Assembly (NCBI GenBank): GCA_963693365.1
Contig: CAVNZM010000003.1
Location: forward strand, 1,151,506-1,215,505
DNA: 64,000 bases
DNA from: Amoebidium appalachense
Taxonomy: Eukaryota; Protista; Ichthyosporea
Direction: 5' to 3'
Shown here piece after piece: positions 1-30,534 of the stretch. Position 1 is the stretch's first letter. Each line of letters begins with the position of its first letter. The notes beneath the pieces were generated by a model. The model was not told the DNA's origin. It saw only the letters and a program-made list of their open reading frames with translations, and did not search any database. A program made the position numbers and the translations under genes.

Positions 1-2189
1 GTCTTAATGAGTGTGAACGAGCCTTTTCCCCCCCTACACACAGTGCAATCGGAAGAAGGACGACCTACCGGCTGGGGCCGAAAGGACTAGTAGCCCTTGA
101 TTCAGATGTCCTCTCCGTAGCAAAGATGTGAAGTTATGCAGAAGGCAAATACAAACAACAAAACCCTAAAGGGATAAAAAGGGAGTATAAAACGTTCCTT
201 CTCACACTAACTCCAACCCCTCAAAAAGAGCTGCGCTTCAAATTCCCTTATGTACGCCAGGTGATGGAATGCGAGGAGATAGGGTACTCTTGTCTGAACA
301 TAAACAAGAAGCAGAGATCATGAAGCTTTTTCAAGCTTCAAAAATAAAAAAAGACTACGATATGGAGTGCTGTTCATTTGCGTACTATAACTATCAAGTT
401 TTTCGCTCTTGGATCCACACTTGTACATGTTACTTTAAGTGTAACAATGTTGAACCCAGAAGCCTGTTTGATCTACCTTGCCTAGCGGTGACGGTCTAAA
501 CTTTCATACCAACTAAACACCAAATATTCCGCTACCAGAGTTTCCAACGTTAGAAAATAAACTTCCTACTATCTATATTTTGTGTCAAAAAACAAGAAAA
601 ACTTGGAATCTCAAGAGTCTTCATAAAACGAAACTTCGACGGAAAGCACGGTTTGTTTGCTGTGACAGCCGGAGAGCTTGTACAGCCACCAGTTGGTGCG
701 AAAGGTGGCTATTCGTGATTGGTTTAAAAGTTTTGCACCCCTCTGGATCCAAACGGGCAATTGCAAGAACAAGGAATACAAAGATAATGGGTGCAAGTAA
801 ATTTTTTCTTGGTCCACTACGACAAATGACATATAGTTTAAAGCATATGTACTCTTTGGAAAAAATCTGCTTTTATCGTTAAGGTTGCTGCGCTCTGTAC
901 GCCCTATGGGGGGCCGGGGGCTGTCTGTGGGCTTTGAGGTAGCCACCTGTGATTGGTGGAGAGCTCACCATCTTTTACCCCCCCAGGCTCTTACAGGTGG
1001 GTCCATGGAGGTTGAGGTTGAACAGTGCCTGGTCATTGAACGAGAGCAGTCGGCCAAAACAGTATTTCTCACAAACTGCCGCCAAAAAATACAAATTAAT
1101 ATAATACAAAATTTTACTTTATGTATGGTGAGACTCCTACTTACTTAGCCTTGACAATATGTAAGTTACGGAACTTGGCAAACGGCACGCATCGAAATTT
1201 TTAGGAATGCCCCAAACAAGAGGTTTCGGGAGATTTCCATGTTTTTCGGTGCACACACAGAGAGACACGAAGGCGCTTTACATCATCAAGTAAACTATTA
1301 CATATCCATGCTACCACAGTGTCTAAGGTGGCCACTTGAAGCTGCAGTCGTGTTTGCATGCATTGATCTGCCCGGCGGGTACTCCCTGATCCCGGGATCC
1401 TGGCTCAAGTCCACCGACATCGAATATATCATGGGCCATATACATAGTTCGATTTTTTTAAACCTGCCTGCTTCCTTTGTCAACCCTAATATTAGTCTTC
1501 AACCATAGAGGGAAAGATGTTTCGTTAACACTAGTAATTCACAATTCCTTTACGGTCCCCCCCCCCCCCCCCCTCCCCCTGCCCAAGGGGCCCAACACAA
1601 ACAAAAAGGCGCATCAAGCCTCTCATATTCCCAAATTGCGTAAAACGAAGGTCAAAACGGGACACACAGAGCACAATTTATTTGCAGGTGTATAACCTGA
1701 AGAGCACAGAAGTGCACGTTGTCACGCTGCAGTGCTTATAACAAAGAAATTAGCTGAGTGTGTACATGTGGACTGTGAAAAAATCACACAGCAAGGCCCA
1801 ACGAATAACCCTGGAATCACGTTCTTACAATGGATGTCCCAGAAACCCAACCTCAAAAACCCCTTCCACGTCTATGATATCCTTATGAACGTTTTGTATG
1901 CATGTATGTTTCAAAAATCAGGCTGGCGTGGCTTGACATCCAACAGCCGGCATTCACTTCTATTCGATATATCAGTGGTTACACAATTCTAGAAAGAACC
2001 CCTCTTGGGGCGGGGAGGGGGTCTCATACACAAATGACTTCCTTATCAGTCGAGCTAATGTAGGAGAAAAGAGCCTTACCAATAGCCTAGTATACACCCA
2101 ACTTCTATATCAACAAAAACTAGGTTCTATATCGAAGAGAAATGCCTTAGAGAACATGCCTAAAAAGTACTTTCTCAAACCACCCATTC

Positions 2190-4100
2190 CTAGTCATCCA
2201 CGTCCGAATCACAGTCCGCCTTGCTCGTTTTTCTCTTCTGCACCGCTACTGCACCCACCCCCTTACACACCTTCTTGTGAAATGGCCAATCCTCCTTCTG
2301 ACACGCAGGTCCACAATACTTGGTGTGTCCACATCGTCCGCAAGATTTCAAAAACGGCGCGTTTTTCGCTCCTGTGTCGCGATCATGTGCGTGGCAATTA
2401 TCACAACGCATATATGGACGAGTGCACCTTCTAATCTTTGCCATCGTCTCCTTGATTTTCTCTTCTGGAACTTTGTCGCCCTTGTCGGATTTGAACAGCA
2501 TGGGCGATGTGACGAGGGTTTGGTAGCTGTCTGGGTTTTGCGATGTTTCAACATCGTACCATCTCAGCGCCCCACTGAACAACAGAACCAACATGTAGGT
2601 GGCGGAATCACGCTTTGCCGGGTCATCCTTGGGCAATATATCCATGATGGTTTCAATGCCTGCGAGGGCAGAAGAAGCAAGTTTTCTCCGCTCGGGGCTC
2701 TGGAAGAACCCGGGTTTCATGTTTCCCTCACCGATCCAGTAGATGAAGAATGCGTCAAAGAGAGTGAAGAGATGTTCGGTGCCGTACTCTGCCAAAGACT
2801 CTGTGCGAGAAAGAAATTACAGGAATGAGCTAATTCAAACACAGAAAACAAGAAAAGGGAAGGAGACAAAAAACAGATGTGTCTGTGATTCTATGTGTGG
2901 AAGGAAGGAAGGGGGGTGTTGGGTTGAGAGAGAGTGTTACAGAGTACGAAGTATACATCCAAAACGGGCAACACATGTCAGGTTTACTACTTTTGAAAAA
3001 CAAGGGGGCACACACAGTCGCATAAATAAGTAGAGTCCCCCAGGAGGGGTGGAGGGGGGAAGAGGGGGGGGGCAAGAATGATTACGAAGTAGACGCTCAC
3101 TCCGGACAACATGTAGCAGATTTTTAACACACGAAGAGATATGCCTCGTAAGCACAACCCAACGTCAGAGAGCCCCAATCAGCGAGGACTGCCGAGAATC
3201 AACATTAGATTCATTTGTCTCTTTTTTGTTTTTTTTTGGGGGGGGGAAGGGAAAGGGGGGGAAGCGGGGGGCCAAGTCACAGGTATGAGATGGATGGTTT
3301 GAGGCCTATCGTAACACTAGAGCAAGGGCAAAAAAAAAAAAGGCCGTCGAGCAACAAGAGAGGATGAACCAAAGGAATGGGAAAGAAGAGAGGATGAACC
3401 AAAGAAATGGAAGAGACGTAGGTTACTGCGGTGGTGTGTGTGTGTGTGTGTGTTCGGGGGGAGACGGGGTGAGGGGGTGGGGGAGAGGGAGGAGAGGGTT
3501 GAGAAGGGAGCGGGGGGGGCAGGGGAAGGGGTGGAGAGAGTAAGGGAGGGGAATTCAGGGCATTTTAACGCGGGAAGAGGGGGGGGAGGGGGGGGGGAGT
3601 TTCTTTTGCTATATCCCGACACAAAACCCACTACTGCCCCGACCTACCCCCCACAACCACCACCACCCTCACCACACCCCTACCCACTGCCACCCCAACA
3701 GATCCACTGAGTCCGCCTATCCCTCCACCCCCACCCCCTCCCTCCCTCCACCCTCCCCCCCCCGGGGAGGCAACATCTACATACTTGCAAGTTCGTCCAG
3801 CAAAGCCACTCCGTCCGTCTCTGGGTCGAACCCCGAGCCCTTTGTCACCTGTCGGAGAACCTCCGCTCCCTCTCCCTGACACAACTCTGCCGCTGCCCCG
3901 ACCACTAATCTGTCGCAGATGCTTGACCCATTTTCCCCGCTTTTCGCATCCTCAACTATGCAGTAAGAGATGAAGGCGAGTTTGTGTTCGCGCCAGAAAT
4001 AGAAGCAGGTGCGGTACAGGTCTTTCACCTCCTGAAGAAGGGGCTCGAATTCCCAAAGTTTCTGCGGGTAGCAGATGTCTGCAAGTGTGTTTTCAGCCAT
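2190..4100 (-). CDS. MYND-type zinc finger protein (spliced; exons 4100-3785 and 2800-2190, possibly a small middle exon near 3190-3130)
   Basis: C-terminus has the MYND pattern CDNC...CGRC...YCGPACQKEDWPFHKKVC. GT donor after 3785 and AG acceptor before 2800 are both phase 1 and join in frame (ELA-K-SLAEYG). Confidence 0.8.
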
Positions 4101-4369
4101 GTTTGTATGTGTGTAATTTTTTTGCCTACACGCAAGAGATGCTATAAAAAGGGACTTCTGGAAACCTCTGAGACGCTATATGGAACAAATGTAATGCGCA
4201 GGTAAACATGAAGCTCATGCAGGACTTTTGAAATGATCTGTCTAAACATGAAGCTCATGCAGGACTTCTGAAACCATCAGCCACACAGAGCATTCACGTG
4301 GAAGTGCAAGCGTGTGCACGTGTCAGGACTGGTACATAGGTGATGGTGTGACGTCATCGAGAGCTAAAT

Positions 4370-4667
4370 AGCAGACAAAGAACGTAAAGTGTCTGCTAAG
4401 AATGCGTGCGCCACACGTTGTCGTGTACGCATCAGCAAGGCAAAAGAGTTCCTCGCAAAGTTGGAAAACGATGCTACGAGCGTGATAGACACGGACACGA
4501 AGGAACCAATGTTTTCTGGTGAGAAACTGCTCGAGCGCAAACGCCGATGCGAGATGGAAATCGAGCTCTTCTGCGAACTGTTCGCGCTGGCGGAAGGTCG
4601 TGCATACGACCCCGTAAGCGACAAGTGGGAACCAACCCCACAGGTGTCGGACCAAACCGATGCCTAA
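4370..4667 (+). pseudogene. 3' remnant of LINE ORF1
   Basis: Translation is identical to the C-terminal ~98 aa of ORF 31572..32756. Confidence 0.9.
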
Positions 4668-7600
4668 TTTATCCTTCTTCTTCTGGAATGCTCGGACACT
4701 GGGCCCCCAAAAGGGCCTCCCCCCCGGGACACTCGACGATAAAATCAGCTACATACAACAACAGACAAACAACCACACGTTTACAGTGATTTGCGAAACA
4801 CAGTTTAAAAACCACCACAAATTCAACTCTACATTGGTCGACACATCCACACACCCCGGTTACGCGAAAAACCGAGGCATTATTGTACTTGCCGCACCAC
4901 ACGTGAGAGTGAAGTGCAAACCGGTAGCAAAAACGGAATTCTCGGTTTCTATAGAGTTTCTTTCTAATGTTTTTACTTTTGTATATTACCCACCATCTAT
5001 GTCGGTTGTCGAATTGACTCACGAGTTGTCACAGTTACCAATGTCCACTGTTATTTTAGGTGATTTTAACACGCGACTCCACCACACAGACACACTGCAA
5101 GTGAGTGTCGGGTACCCATCTAAGCCCCCGGAGCGTGCTATCCCCTTAGCAAGGTATGTCCAAAGTCACACTTTGCGGTTCCCTCAAATATCCCATGCCC
5201 ACAACACCGACTGGGGAGTGGCCTTTTGGCCATCAACCATGTCAAAACTCTCTCTCCCTCCTAACCTCTCTAGGTCATCTGACCACTCTCCTATCCTTTT
5301 CCTACCTAAGATCTCCCTTGATCTGCTCCCCCCTCCCCCTCCCACCTTTCGCCTCCGTCTATCCCAGCTTAAGTCACAGTGGGGTAGAGTTGATGTATGT
5401 GTATGCTATGCTACGAAACACCCTATATATATGCGCCTATTAGAATCTGCACAAGCCAGGCCAGATTCACATCTCGTACTAGATACATGCACTAACTTTA
5501 TTGTTGATGATTTGATAGATCTCGGTGATTATGCTGGCGGTGGTAGGAAGGAATATCCCGATGCTCTCTTGTTACCAAACACCACTCCCGCTAGACTAGG
5601 TGAACCCCTGTCTCAAAAGGAAAGCTTGCGCCGGCTTGCTAGTATGAATCGATTTGGCCCCCCTGCTCGTATTATTGGTGATACCACTGGAGACCCCCTC
5701 ATAGACTCTGATAAGTATTTCTCGGAACTGTTTAAAGATAGGACCCCCGCTCAGAAACCTATTGTGTGGCCTGTAGACCCATCTATCCCCATAGAATCGA
5801 TCCTCCCCTTTTTCAGTCCCGATGCCATATGGTCTGTGATATCTAGTTATAGCTCTAGTAAGTCTTGTGGACCTGATGGACTCCCTGCTGGGTTTCTTAA
5901 AATCCTTGTTCCCTCCTACCCACAAAAGGAAAGTGATCGTGCTATTAAACCTGATCTTACTATCATGTTAAGCTCTCTCTTTTCTTGGTGTGTTAAATGT
6001 GGACATGTCCCGTCATCTTGGTTAGATACCTTAGTGATCCCCATAGTTAAGAAGGACTCTGAGGGCCCCATATCATCCTTTCGCCCCATTACACTAACCC
6101 AGGTTGTTCGTAGATTCTTTGAAGCTTGCTTACTTAGGTTATTTGCACATCACCCTAGGTTTCAATCTATTCTTCACATACACCCATGCCAATCCGCTTT
6201 TCGTAAAAACAATTCATGTTATGTTCAAATAATGGCACTGCACGATTCTATGCAAGTTGGTGCACAATATGTTGGCTTTATTGATTGGAAAACTGCTTAC
6301 GATTCTGTCTCCCCTGGTCTCCTATGGGAAAAGCTTGCTGCACGGGGTGTACCACACTGCATTGGTGTTCTGTTAGAAGCACTCTTGTCTCAAACCTATG
6401 GTAGAGCTGTGGTTAATGGGCATCTTTCATATGGTTTTGCTCGTACTAGAGGTCTCTTGCAGGGCTCATTGCTTAGCCCCTTTTTGTTTAACCTATTTAT
6501 AGATGATTTGGCTGTCAAGATTTACGCCGAAAACGATGACCCTATTAATAACTTTCCGCCTGCACTTCTCTATGCTGATGATCTGTCCCTCCTTGCCCGT
6601 ACCCCTAGACGCCTGCAAAGATTGTTCGATGTAGTGTCAGAGTGGTGCAAGGCAAACCTTATGATCCTTAACATAGACAAATGTGGTGTTCTTGTACCTG
6701 ATATAGCTAACAATTTACACACATTTACATTATCATCTAAACCTGTACCTATAGTTCCAGAATACAAATATCTTGGTGTTCCGGTTGATTCTGTTGGTGT
6801 TATGTTTCCCCATATGGTCGAAAAGAGGGTAGAGTTGGCTCGTAAGCGGTTAGCTTTCTTCTCGGCTAATATTTTTAAAGACACACCCCTCCATCCTTCT
6901 ATTAGACTTACATTTATTCGCACTTTTGTCTTCCCGGCATGTGAATATGGTTTACCCCTTCTCGCCGCTTGGATCAAGAAAGAGAGAACTAGAGCGCTTA
7001 AACCCTTGGCAAATTTCCTTGAAGCAGAAGTTGCCTCCTTTCTATCTAACAACTGTTGTAAACCTGGGCCTGTAACGCTCTCGATATATGGTCTGGTCCC
7101 AATAGCTGCTAGAGTATCCTATCTCGCGCTGAAATTCAATAAGCACATAAGCCGCTTAAAGAAGTATTTGCCCTCCCACCCTCTCTTCTCTATCCGACCT
7201 GTCCCCTCCTCACCTCTCCCCTCTTTCCTCCCCTCTCTCTCCCCTTCTCCCCTGGGCACAAATACAAATAAACCCCGCAATAGTGTGTGTGTGACTTTGG
7301 ACTGCCACTTACTTATTAAACATGTACACAATCACAAGATAATCACGCAATATAACAAATGGAAAAAGATACCAAACGACACTAGACCCGATGAAAGCAT
7401 ACACCTTGAAAAACTAAGCCTTATGTCTCGTTTTATATATACTGACCGCCTCAACCATATTGCCAAATATGGCACTCGCAAGTGTATAACACCTAAATAC
7501 ATATTACCTTCCTGTAGAACTGGTCTTTCTCTAGCTGATGGTATTATTGATCAATTACCACGCTTTTACTGTACACGTGCTATACAGTGGAGATCTAATA

Positions 7601-7854
7601 AGTATAAGGTGGCATCATTTGCATGCCCAAACAACACACACACACACCAGTTTAACCGGTCATGTATCGCCAAATGTAGTTTGATAGACCACATAATACC
7701 GCAACACACACACGTCACATTCACAACAGACACCCAGAAAGATAGCCTACCTGTAAATTACAACATCCTTGATTTTATACTAAACACGCGTAACTACGAC
7801 CTGTTTATTAGATGTATTGATTGGCTTGAGAAACACATCACTACAAAATTATAG
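4660..7854 (+). CDS. LINE ORF2: apurinic endonuclease + reverse transcriptase (1064 aa)
   Basis: APE motifs WNARTL, ICETQ, ILGDFN, SDHSPI. RT motifs GPDGL, FRPITL, QSAFRK, IDWKTAYDSV, GLLQGSLLSPFLF, YADD, KYLGV. Cys/His-rich C-terminal tail. Confidence 0.97.
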   Translation: MPNLSFFFWNARTLGPQKGLPPGTLDDKISYIQQQTNNHTFTVICETQFKNHHKFNSTLVDTSTHPGYAKNRGIIVLAAPHVRVKCKPVAKTEFSVSIEFLSNVFTFVYYPPSMSVVELTHELSQLPMSTVILGDFNTRLHHTDTLQVSVGYPSKPPERAIPLARYVQSHTLRFPQISHAHNTDWGVAFWPSTMSKLSLPPNLSRSSDHSPILFLPKISLDLLPPPPPTFRLRLSQLKSQWGRVDVCVCYATKHPIYMRLLESAQARPDSHLVLDTCTNFIVDDLIDLGDYAGGGRKEYPDALLLPNTTPARLGEPLSQKESLRRLASMNRFGPPARIIGDTTGDPLIDSDKYFSELFKDRTPAQKPIVWPVDPSIPIESILPFFSPDAIWSVISSYSSSKSCGPDGLPAGFLKILVPSYPQKESDRAIKPDLTIMLSSLFSWCVKCGHVPSSWLDTLVIPIVKKDSEGPISSFRPITLTQVVRRFFEACLLRLFAHHPRFQSILHIHPCQSAFRKNNSCYVQIMALHDSMQVGAQYVGFIDWKTAYDSVSPGLLWEKLAARGVPHCIGVLLEALLSQTYGRAVVNGHLSYGFARTRGLLQGSLLSPFLFNLFIDDLAVKIYAENDDPINNFPPALLYADDLSLLARTPRRLQRLFDVVSEWCKANLMILNIDKCGVLVPDIANNLHTFTLSSKPVPIVPEYKYLGVPVDSVGVMFPHMVEKRVELARKRLAFFSANIFKDTPLHPSIRLTFIRTFVFPACEYGLPLLAAWIKKERTRALKPLANFLEAEVASFLSNNCCKPGPVTLSIYGLVPIAARVSYLALKFNKHISRLKKYLPSHPLFSIRPVPSSPLPSFLPSLSPSPLGTNTNKPRNSVCVTLDCHLLIKHVHNHKIITQYNKWKKIPNDTRPDESIHLEKLSLMSRFIYTDRLNHIAKYGTRKCITPKYILPSCRTGLSLADGIIDQLPRFYCTRAIQWRSNKYKVASFACPNNTHTHQFNRSCIAKCSLIDHIIPQHTHVTFTTDTQKDSLPVNYNILDFILNTRNYDLFIRCIDWLEKHITTKL

Positions 7855-7875
7855 CGCACGCGCACACACACACAC

Positions 7876-7932
<57 letters not shown>

Positions 7933-7964
7933 CCAGCTGATACCGAGTGTCCCGAGGGGAGCCC

Positions 7965-8004
<40 letters not shown>

Positions 8005-9443
8005 GGGGAACCCCAACTAATTGATTTCTCCTTGTAGTCTTTATGGTGTCTCGTAGAGAAAGTAAACCCTGATATATAGTCACCACCCGACATCTATGTA
8101 CGTGATCATGATATACCGCTGAGGGGATATTCCGAGCAAAACCCCCCCCCCCATACCTGAGACTGGTTCTCTTTGCCTCGAGTAAACAGCGTAAACCCCA
8201 TAGTTATATATGGTAAGTAAATAGCTATTTTAGGGCAAAAAGCAGTTGATTGGCAGACGTGGTATTCGGCGGTGAGCCGCCTTGTCTCAACACGGAAACA
8301 AGAGCAGAAAGTTTCCAATCGAAGTTTCTTTCCGTTTTTTCAAGGTTCACTTAGAAATTTTACATAGTCGTTCCAATCTAGTGTTTACAGACGGGCCTAT
8401 ATCACGAAGCTTTGGCGGCCAAGCCTTAAAGCCATATTAGGAAAAGTCAGTTAGAGTCGATTGGCTTGGGACCAAATCTGTCGATAGCTGCAGGACTTAG
8501 TACTGAGCTAGAGGGTTTCGTGCCTTGGCTTTATGCATGCCGAGGTGAATTCTTTGTGTTTCCCGTAAGCCTGCTACGAGGTTTAGTTATTTGGTTTCTT
8601 GGCACTACAAGCACTGGGTATGCATGTGAGGAGTCCCGCCCGCTGACTCCGGCGGAGAGACTCGACATGGCTCTCCCCCACCACGTAATAGAGGTAAGCA
8701 GTTCTATTGACTAAAGGTCAAATTGCATGATGTTGACGAACCACGAGAAGGGGAGAAATAGGCGGCTAGGGGAGGGAGGGGGGGAGAGGGGGGAGAGGGG
8801 GGAAAGGGGATGGGGGGTTAGTGGGTGGGCAGAAGTAAGGGAGGGAAGGAGGGGAGGGGAAGGCAGAGGGAAGGGAACAGGGGGCGGGGGGGAAGGGGCG
8901 AAAGGGGGTGGGGAGGGTAGAAGAAAGAGAGGGAGAGGGGGTGGAGGGGGAGGGGGGGGAAGGCGGGGGGGTTGGAAGCATGGCAGGGTGAGGTAGAGAG
9001 GAAAATGGGAAGCACAAGAGATGGATCGAGGTCCGTTTTTAGGTTGGAGAGCGGAGGGGACACGAGCTCGACGGAGGGACAGGGGGCCTGGCGGGCAGAG
9101 CGCGGGGGGGGGGGGGGGGGAGGGGGGGGGGGGGGGGGGGGGGGAATAGGGGCATTTGGCTCCTAGCTACTTATTTTCTGTGAAAGAACCGTGACGGAAA
9201 AGCGGCTGAATAGTGAGAATTGGGTGTTTTGCAAGCATAGCATCAAGAAGACAAGGGGGACAGAGGTCCTGTTTGTGGTTTTTGTTTGTATGTGTATGTG
9301 TGTGTGTGCGCGGGTGTGGTGGGTGGGTGCACTGGTGTGTAGGGTGTGTGTGTAAATTTGGCAAAAGGGGAGCCAAAAGGCCTTGTGGACTACCAAGCAT
9401 TTTGTAGGGCAGGGAAGGGAAGGGTGGTGAAGGGGGGGGGGGG

Positions 9444-9575
9444 TTTGAATGCGGAAAACGGTACGAAGTACGCATACACGACGAGAAGCATGGTGCAGGA
9501 CACATGCAAAGGCAAACATTCAAGTATGCAACATCAGCCATGCGCACAGTATGCGTCATAAGCAGAGCCCATCCT
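9444..9575 (-). repeat. Recent partial copy of the dispersed intronic element (inverted relative to 17159-17290)
   Basis: Reverse complement matches 17159-17290 with 2 mismatches seen by eye over 132 bp. Confidence 0.9.
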
Positions 9576-10160
9576 TCATACAGCTCGGAAGCAAGGGTTT
9601 GTGGTTTGTGGTTTTGTAGACGGTCTGTTGACGAGGCGGAGAAGGAGGTGTGGTCATGTGGTTAATATGAGCGATAGAGGAAGTTTGGCGTGTGCGTCCG
9701 TGTACACTTCGGCTCATACACACAAGCATTCACACACACGCGTAGACACATACACATACACGCACGCCAACACACACAGACACACACACAGAGAGAGAGA
9801 GGGAGAGAGTAAAAGAGAGAGAGAATGAGAATGAGAGAGAGGGGGGGGGAGGGGGAGAGAGAGAGTGTGTGTGTGTGTTTGTGTGTGTGAGACTCACACA
9901 CTCACTCACCCAGGCATTCTGTTTTGATGAATGAAGACACGTGTCTGTAGGTGGTAGGAGGGGGGGGGGGGGGGGGGGGGGAGGTAGGCAGACCGTGAGT
10001 CTCTCCGTAGGTTGGCTGCTGGCTGACCTTCAATGCAAAGCCAAAGACTAAGTAAAATCCGAAAATTTAGACCTTTTTATTATTGTTATTAAATCAGTAT
10101 TATTATATTAAGGGCACACGTCCTCCCACACGCGCATCCACTCAAACGTATAGAGCAAGA

Positions 10161-10191
<31 letters not shown>

Positions 10192-10302
10192 ATCACACTC
10201 GGTGTTGTGGGTGTACACACTTCGAAAAAAGGAAGAAAGAAGCGGGGTAGAGATTACCCGGCCCAAAGAAAAAACCATCCATTTACACCGGGTATATTCC
10301 AG

Positions 10303-27927
<17,625 letters not shown>

Positions 27928-27932
27928 AACAG

Positions 27933-27967
<35 letters not shown>

Positions 27968-30180
27968 TCTCCCCGCCCCCCCCCCCCCCCTCCCCTTCTC
28001 CTTCCCACCCCATCCTACCCCACCACCTCCCCTTCCCTGCTCCACCCGCCTCTTTGGGCCTATGTAACAGTATAGTACCCTCACATCTTCCGTTATTTTC
28101 GTGTTTCTTTGTTTCTTTGTTGCATACACACAACTGCATACTTTGGATGCCTATGTATGTACACGTGTAATCACATTTCTGGCGACGCACTCACAGGATA
28201 ATATACATTTTAAAACGCCTTGCAGTCCCTCATTTAGGTTTAACCTGTGGGCATGGGGCCCTGGGATTAAGAAATAAAAGGCACGATCTATGTCCTTTAG
28301 TTTTAGTGTCGCTGCATGACCACTTTCGTATGTTTTGATGCACCGAATATGTACGGATTGTGTAGCAATAAACCAGTTGAATTAATTCGTGATTTTGATA
28401 AATGACATGTCGGTTGAGTGACAAACTGATGAAAAGAAATTGTTGGTGTGGTTTTTGACTGAATTTCGTGTCTGTCTGCAAATTGTGTTGGTTGGTATAA
28501 AGAGGTTTAATGTTACAAGAAAGTTGAGTATGGTACGTCTGACTCAAACAGATCGCAAGCTGTAATGGATACTATGATTATTGAACTACAAATTCTTTGA
28601 TGTTTGCCGTAAGTGAGCGGCATATGACTTGGCAAATAAAGCAGTTGTACAAACTTGTTCCTTCATCATCATTTTTGCCCCCTTCCCCCACGACCACCAC
28701 CACGCACACACACACCTCCTCCCCGCCCCCCAATAAACCACATACGCGCATGCGCACACGTACGCACACACACACATACACACACAACACACACACACAC
28801 ATACACACATACACACACACACGTGCACACACACACAGATACCACCACTACCACCACCACCTTTAAACTAGCCTTTCGACACCTTGAGATGTGTATGCAA
28901 TTGTTGATGCACGGCCGTGAAGCCCGGCCAGAGCTCTCGTCTTCCGCTTGTGAAGGGCTTCCTTTTGACAAAAAACTTTAGGTTCCTTAAGGTGCCTTAT
29001 TCTTTTCCCATCGCTTAGATTATCTTCTATTCTATTCTGTATCATTGAATGTCCTTCCTCCCGTTTCTTTTTTGTTATTATTATTCTATTTTTTCCTCGG
29101 GCGGGCCGGGTGACCATGGGTGGGTACGTTGGCCTAGTGGGCCGGTGGTACCGTAGGCCGTACGGTGGTGGACATGAAAGGGTTGAATTCGGATATGGGG
29201 GGTGGGGGTACCTACCGGTGGGGGGTGGGGGTTTATACACTTTTAAAAAGAGAGGGGGGGAGGGGGGGGGGGGGAAGAGTTTATTTTTCGTTTATGCGAA
29301 CCTGTGTGTGCACGTGTGTGTATGTGTACATGTGTGCGTGCCGCGCGTGCGTGCTAGCGCGCGCGTGTGTGCGTATGTTGTAGAGGGGAAATAGAAGGGA
29401 AATAGATGACAGAGAGTGATAAATAATAATAATCGGGCTGGTTGACCATATATTTATAGATTATACCGTGTACAAGCAGTGTAATAAGAACCAGTGAGCT
29501 TACAAGGATGCTCTGCCAACGTTAGTTACACCTAAATGAACGGTGACCTAAGGAGCGCATCACCACACGTTCATTAGCTAAGCGTTGGTCTATACATAAG
29601 TTCCGATAAAGCACTGATCCCCCGTTGCAATCAGCGTCCCTGTAACGTTAGTTACCAAGAAATCTCTATCATCTTCCTTTTATAAAGTTCTTAGTGTTGC
29701 AATGGACACTGTAAACAATGATATACACGGCAATCGGTGAAGTGAGGTGTCAATCGATGGTCAAACAAGCCTTATTATATCCAAAATTCAATAACGTTGG
29801 CTATTCCGCGAATTTGATAGGTCATAACTCGATAGCGGGGATACAATCGATGGATCTTAGACGTCTAAATGTGATACATGCGAGCCAGTACATTGGATTA
29901 GATAAACACAACAATTTTGAATAGCAGGTATGCCGCGAAACCAGAAAGGTTCGTAGAGTGAATAAGTTAAGATACTGGCAGGCGAATGCGGGGCTCCCGT
30001 CTGCTAGATGGGGCCGGTGGCTCATGCCCCTCGCGCAGGTACAATCCAAAACTGTTATGAGAAAACGAATGTTGAAGAGTGTGTGTGTTTGTGATCCACG
30101 TCCTGCGTGTGTGCATGTGCTCATGTGTGTACACGTGTGTGCGTGTGTGTGTTCCTATGTGTATCACAGTGTGCACATGC

Positions 30181-30211
<31 letters not shown>

Positions 30212-30400
30212 GCGTGTGTGTGTGTGTGTGTGTGTGTGTTTGTGTGTGTGTGTTTGTGTGTGTGTATGTGTCACGGTTCCTGTCGCGAGAAACTAGGAGG
30301 TACGTGTGCGGGGAAAGTCTTTGGGCGTTTGGGACAGGAAGAGAGGGGTGGGTGGGGGGTGGGGGGGGGGGGGGGGGGGGGGGGAGTAGGGGGGGCAGTA

Positions 30401-30436
<36 letters not shown>

Positions 30437-30447
30437 TTAGTACACAC

Positions 30448-30534
30448 CTGTGCACCCAGGGCGACAGTAAACAGGAGCAGAACGACCTGCCAGGTCCTCA
30501 TTCCACCACCAGAACCAACCTTGCGGGAACCCAT
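30448..30534 (-). CDS. Possible first exon of a secreted protein (signal-peptide-like); rest of gene not resolved
   Basis: MGSRKVGSGGGMRTWQVVLLLFTVALGAQ followed by a CAG|GTGTGT donor and typical intronic poly-C/CA. Confidence 0.3.

Larger units (their letters stand above)
4370..8202 (+). mobile_element. Non-LTR retrotransposon (APE-RT LINE), 5'-truncated copy 1
   Basis: Matches 32459-36297 (offset 28089 through ORF2), starting inside ORF1. Identity ends at ...GTAAACCCCATA. Intact ORF2; 3' region has (CA)n, an internal A-run and about 200 bp of shared tail. Confidence 0.95.

Noticed and set aside
50-118. Hairpin plus CTAG|T (Helitron-like 3' end) or decayed hammerhead; weak similarity to 31040-31070
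   Set aside because: Only a 4-bp stem, no CUGA core and no 5' end or Rep/helicase in view; compatible with chance.
269-1508. Short ORFs in complex sequence at the window start
   Set aside because: No recognisable motif or consistent splice model.
4349-4358. TGACGTCA (CRE-like) sites near both LINE copies
   Set aside because: The same octamer occurs in several exons and an intron in this window, so it is not specific.
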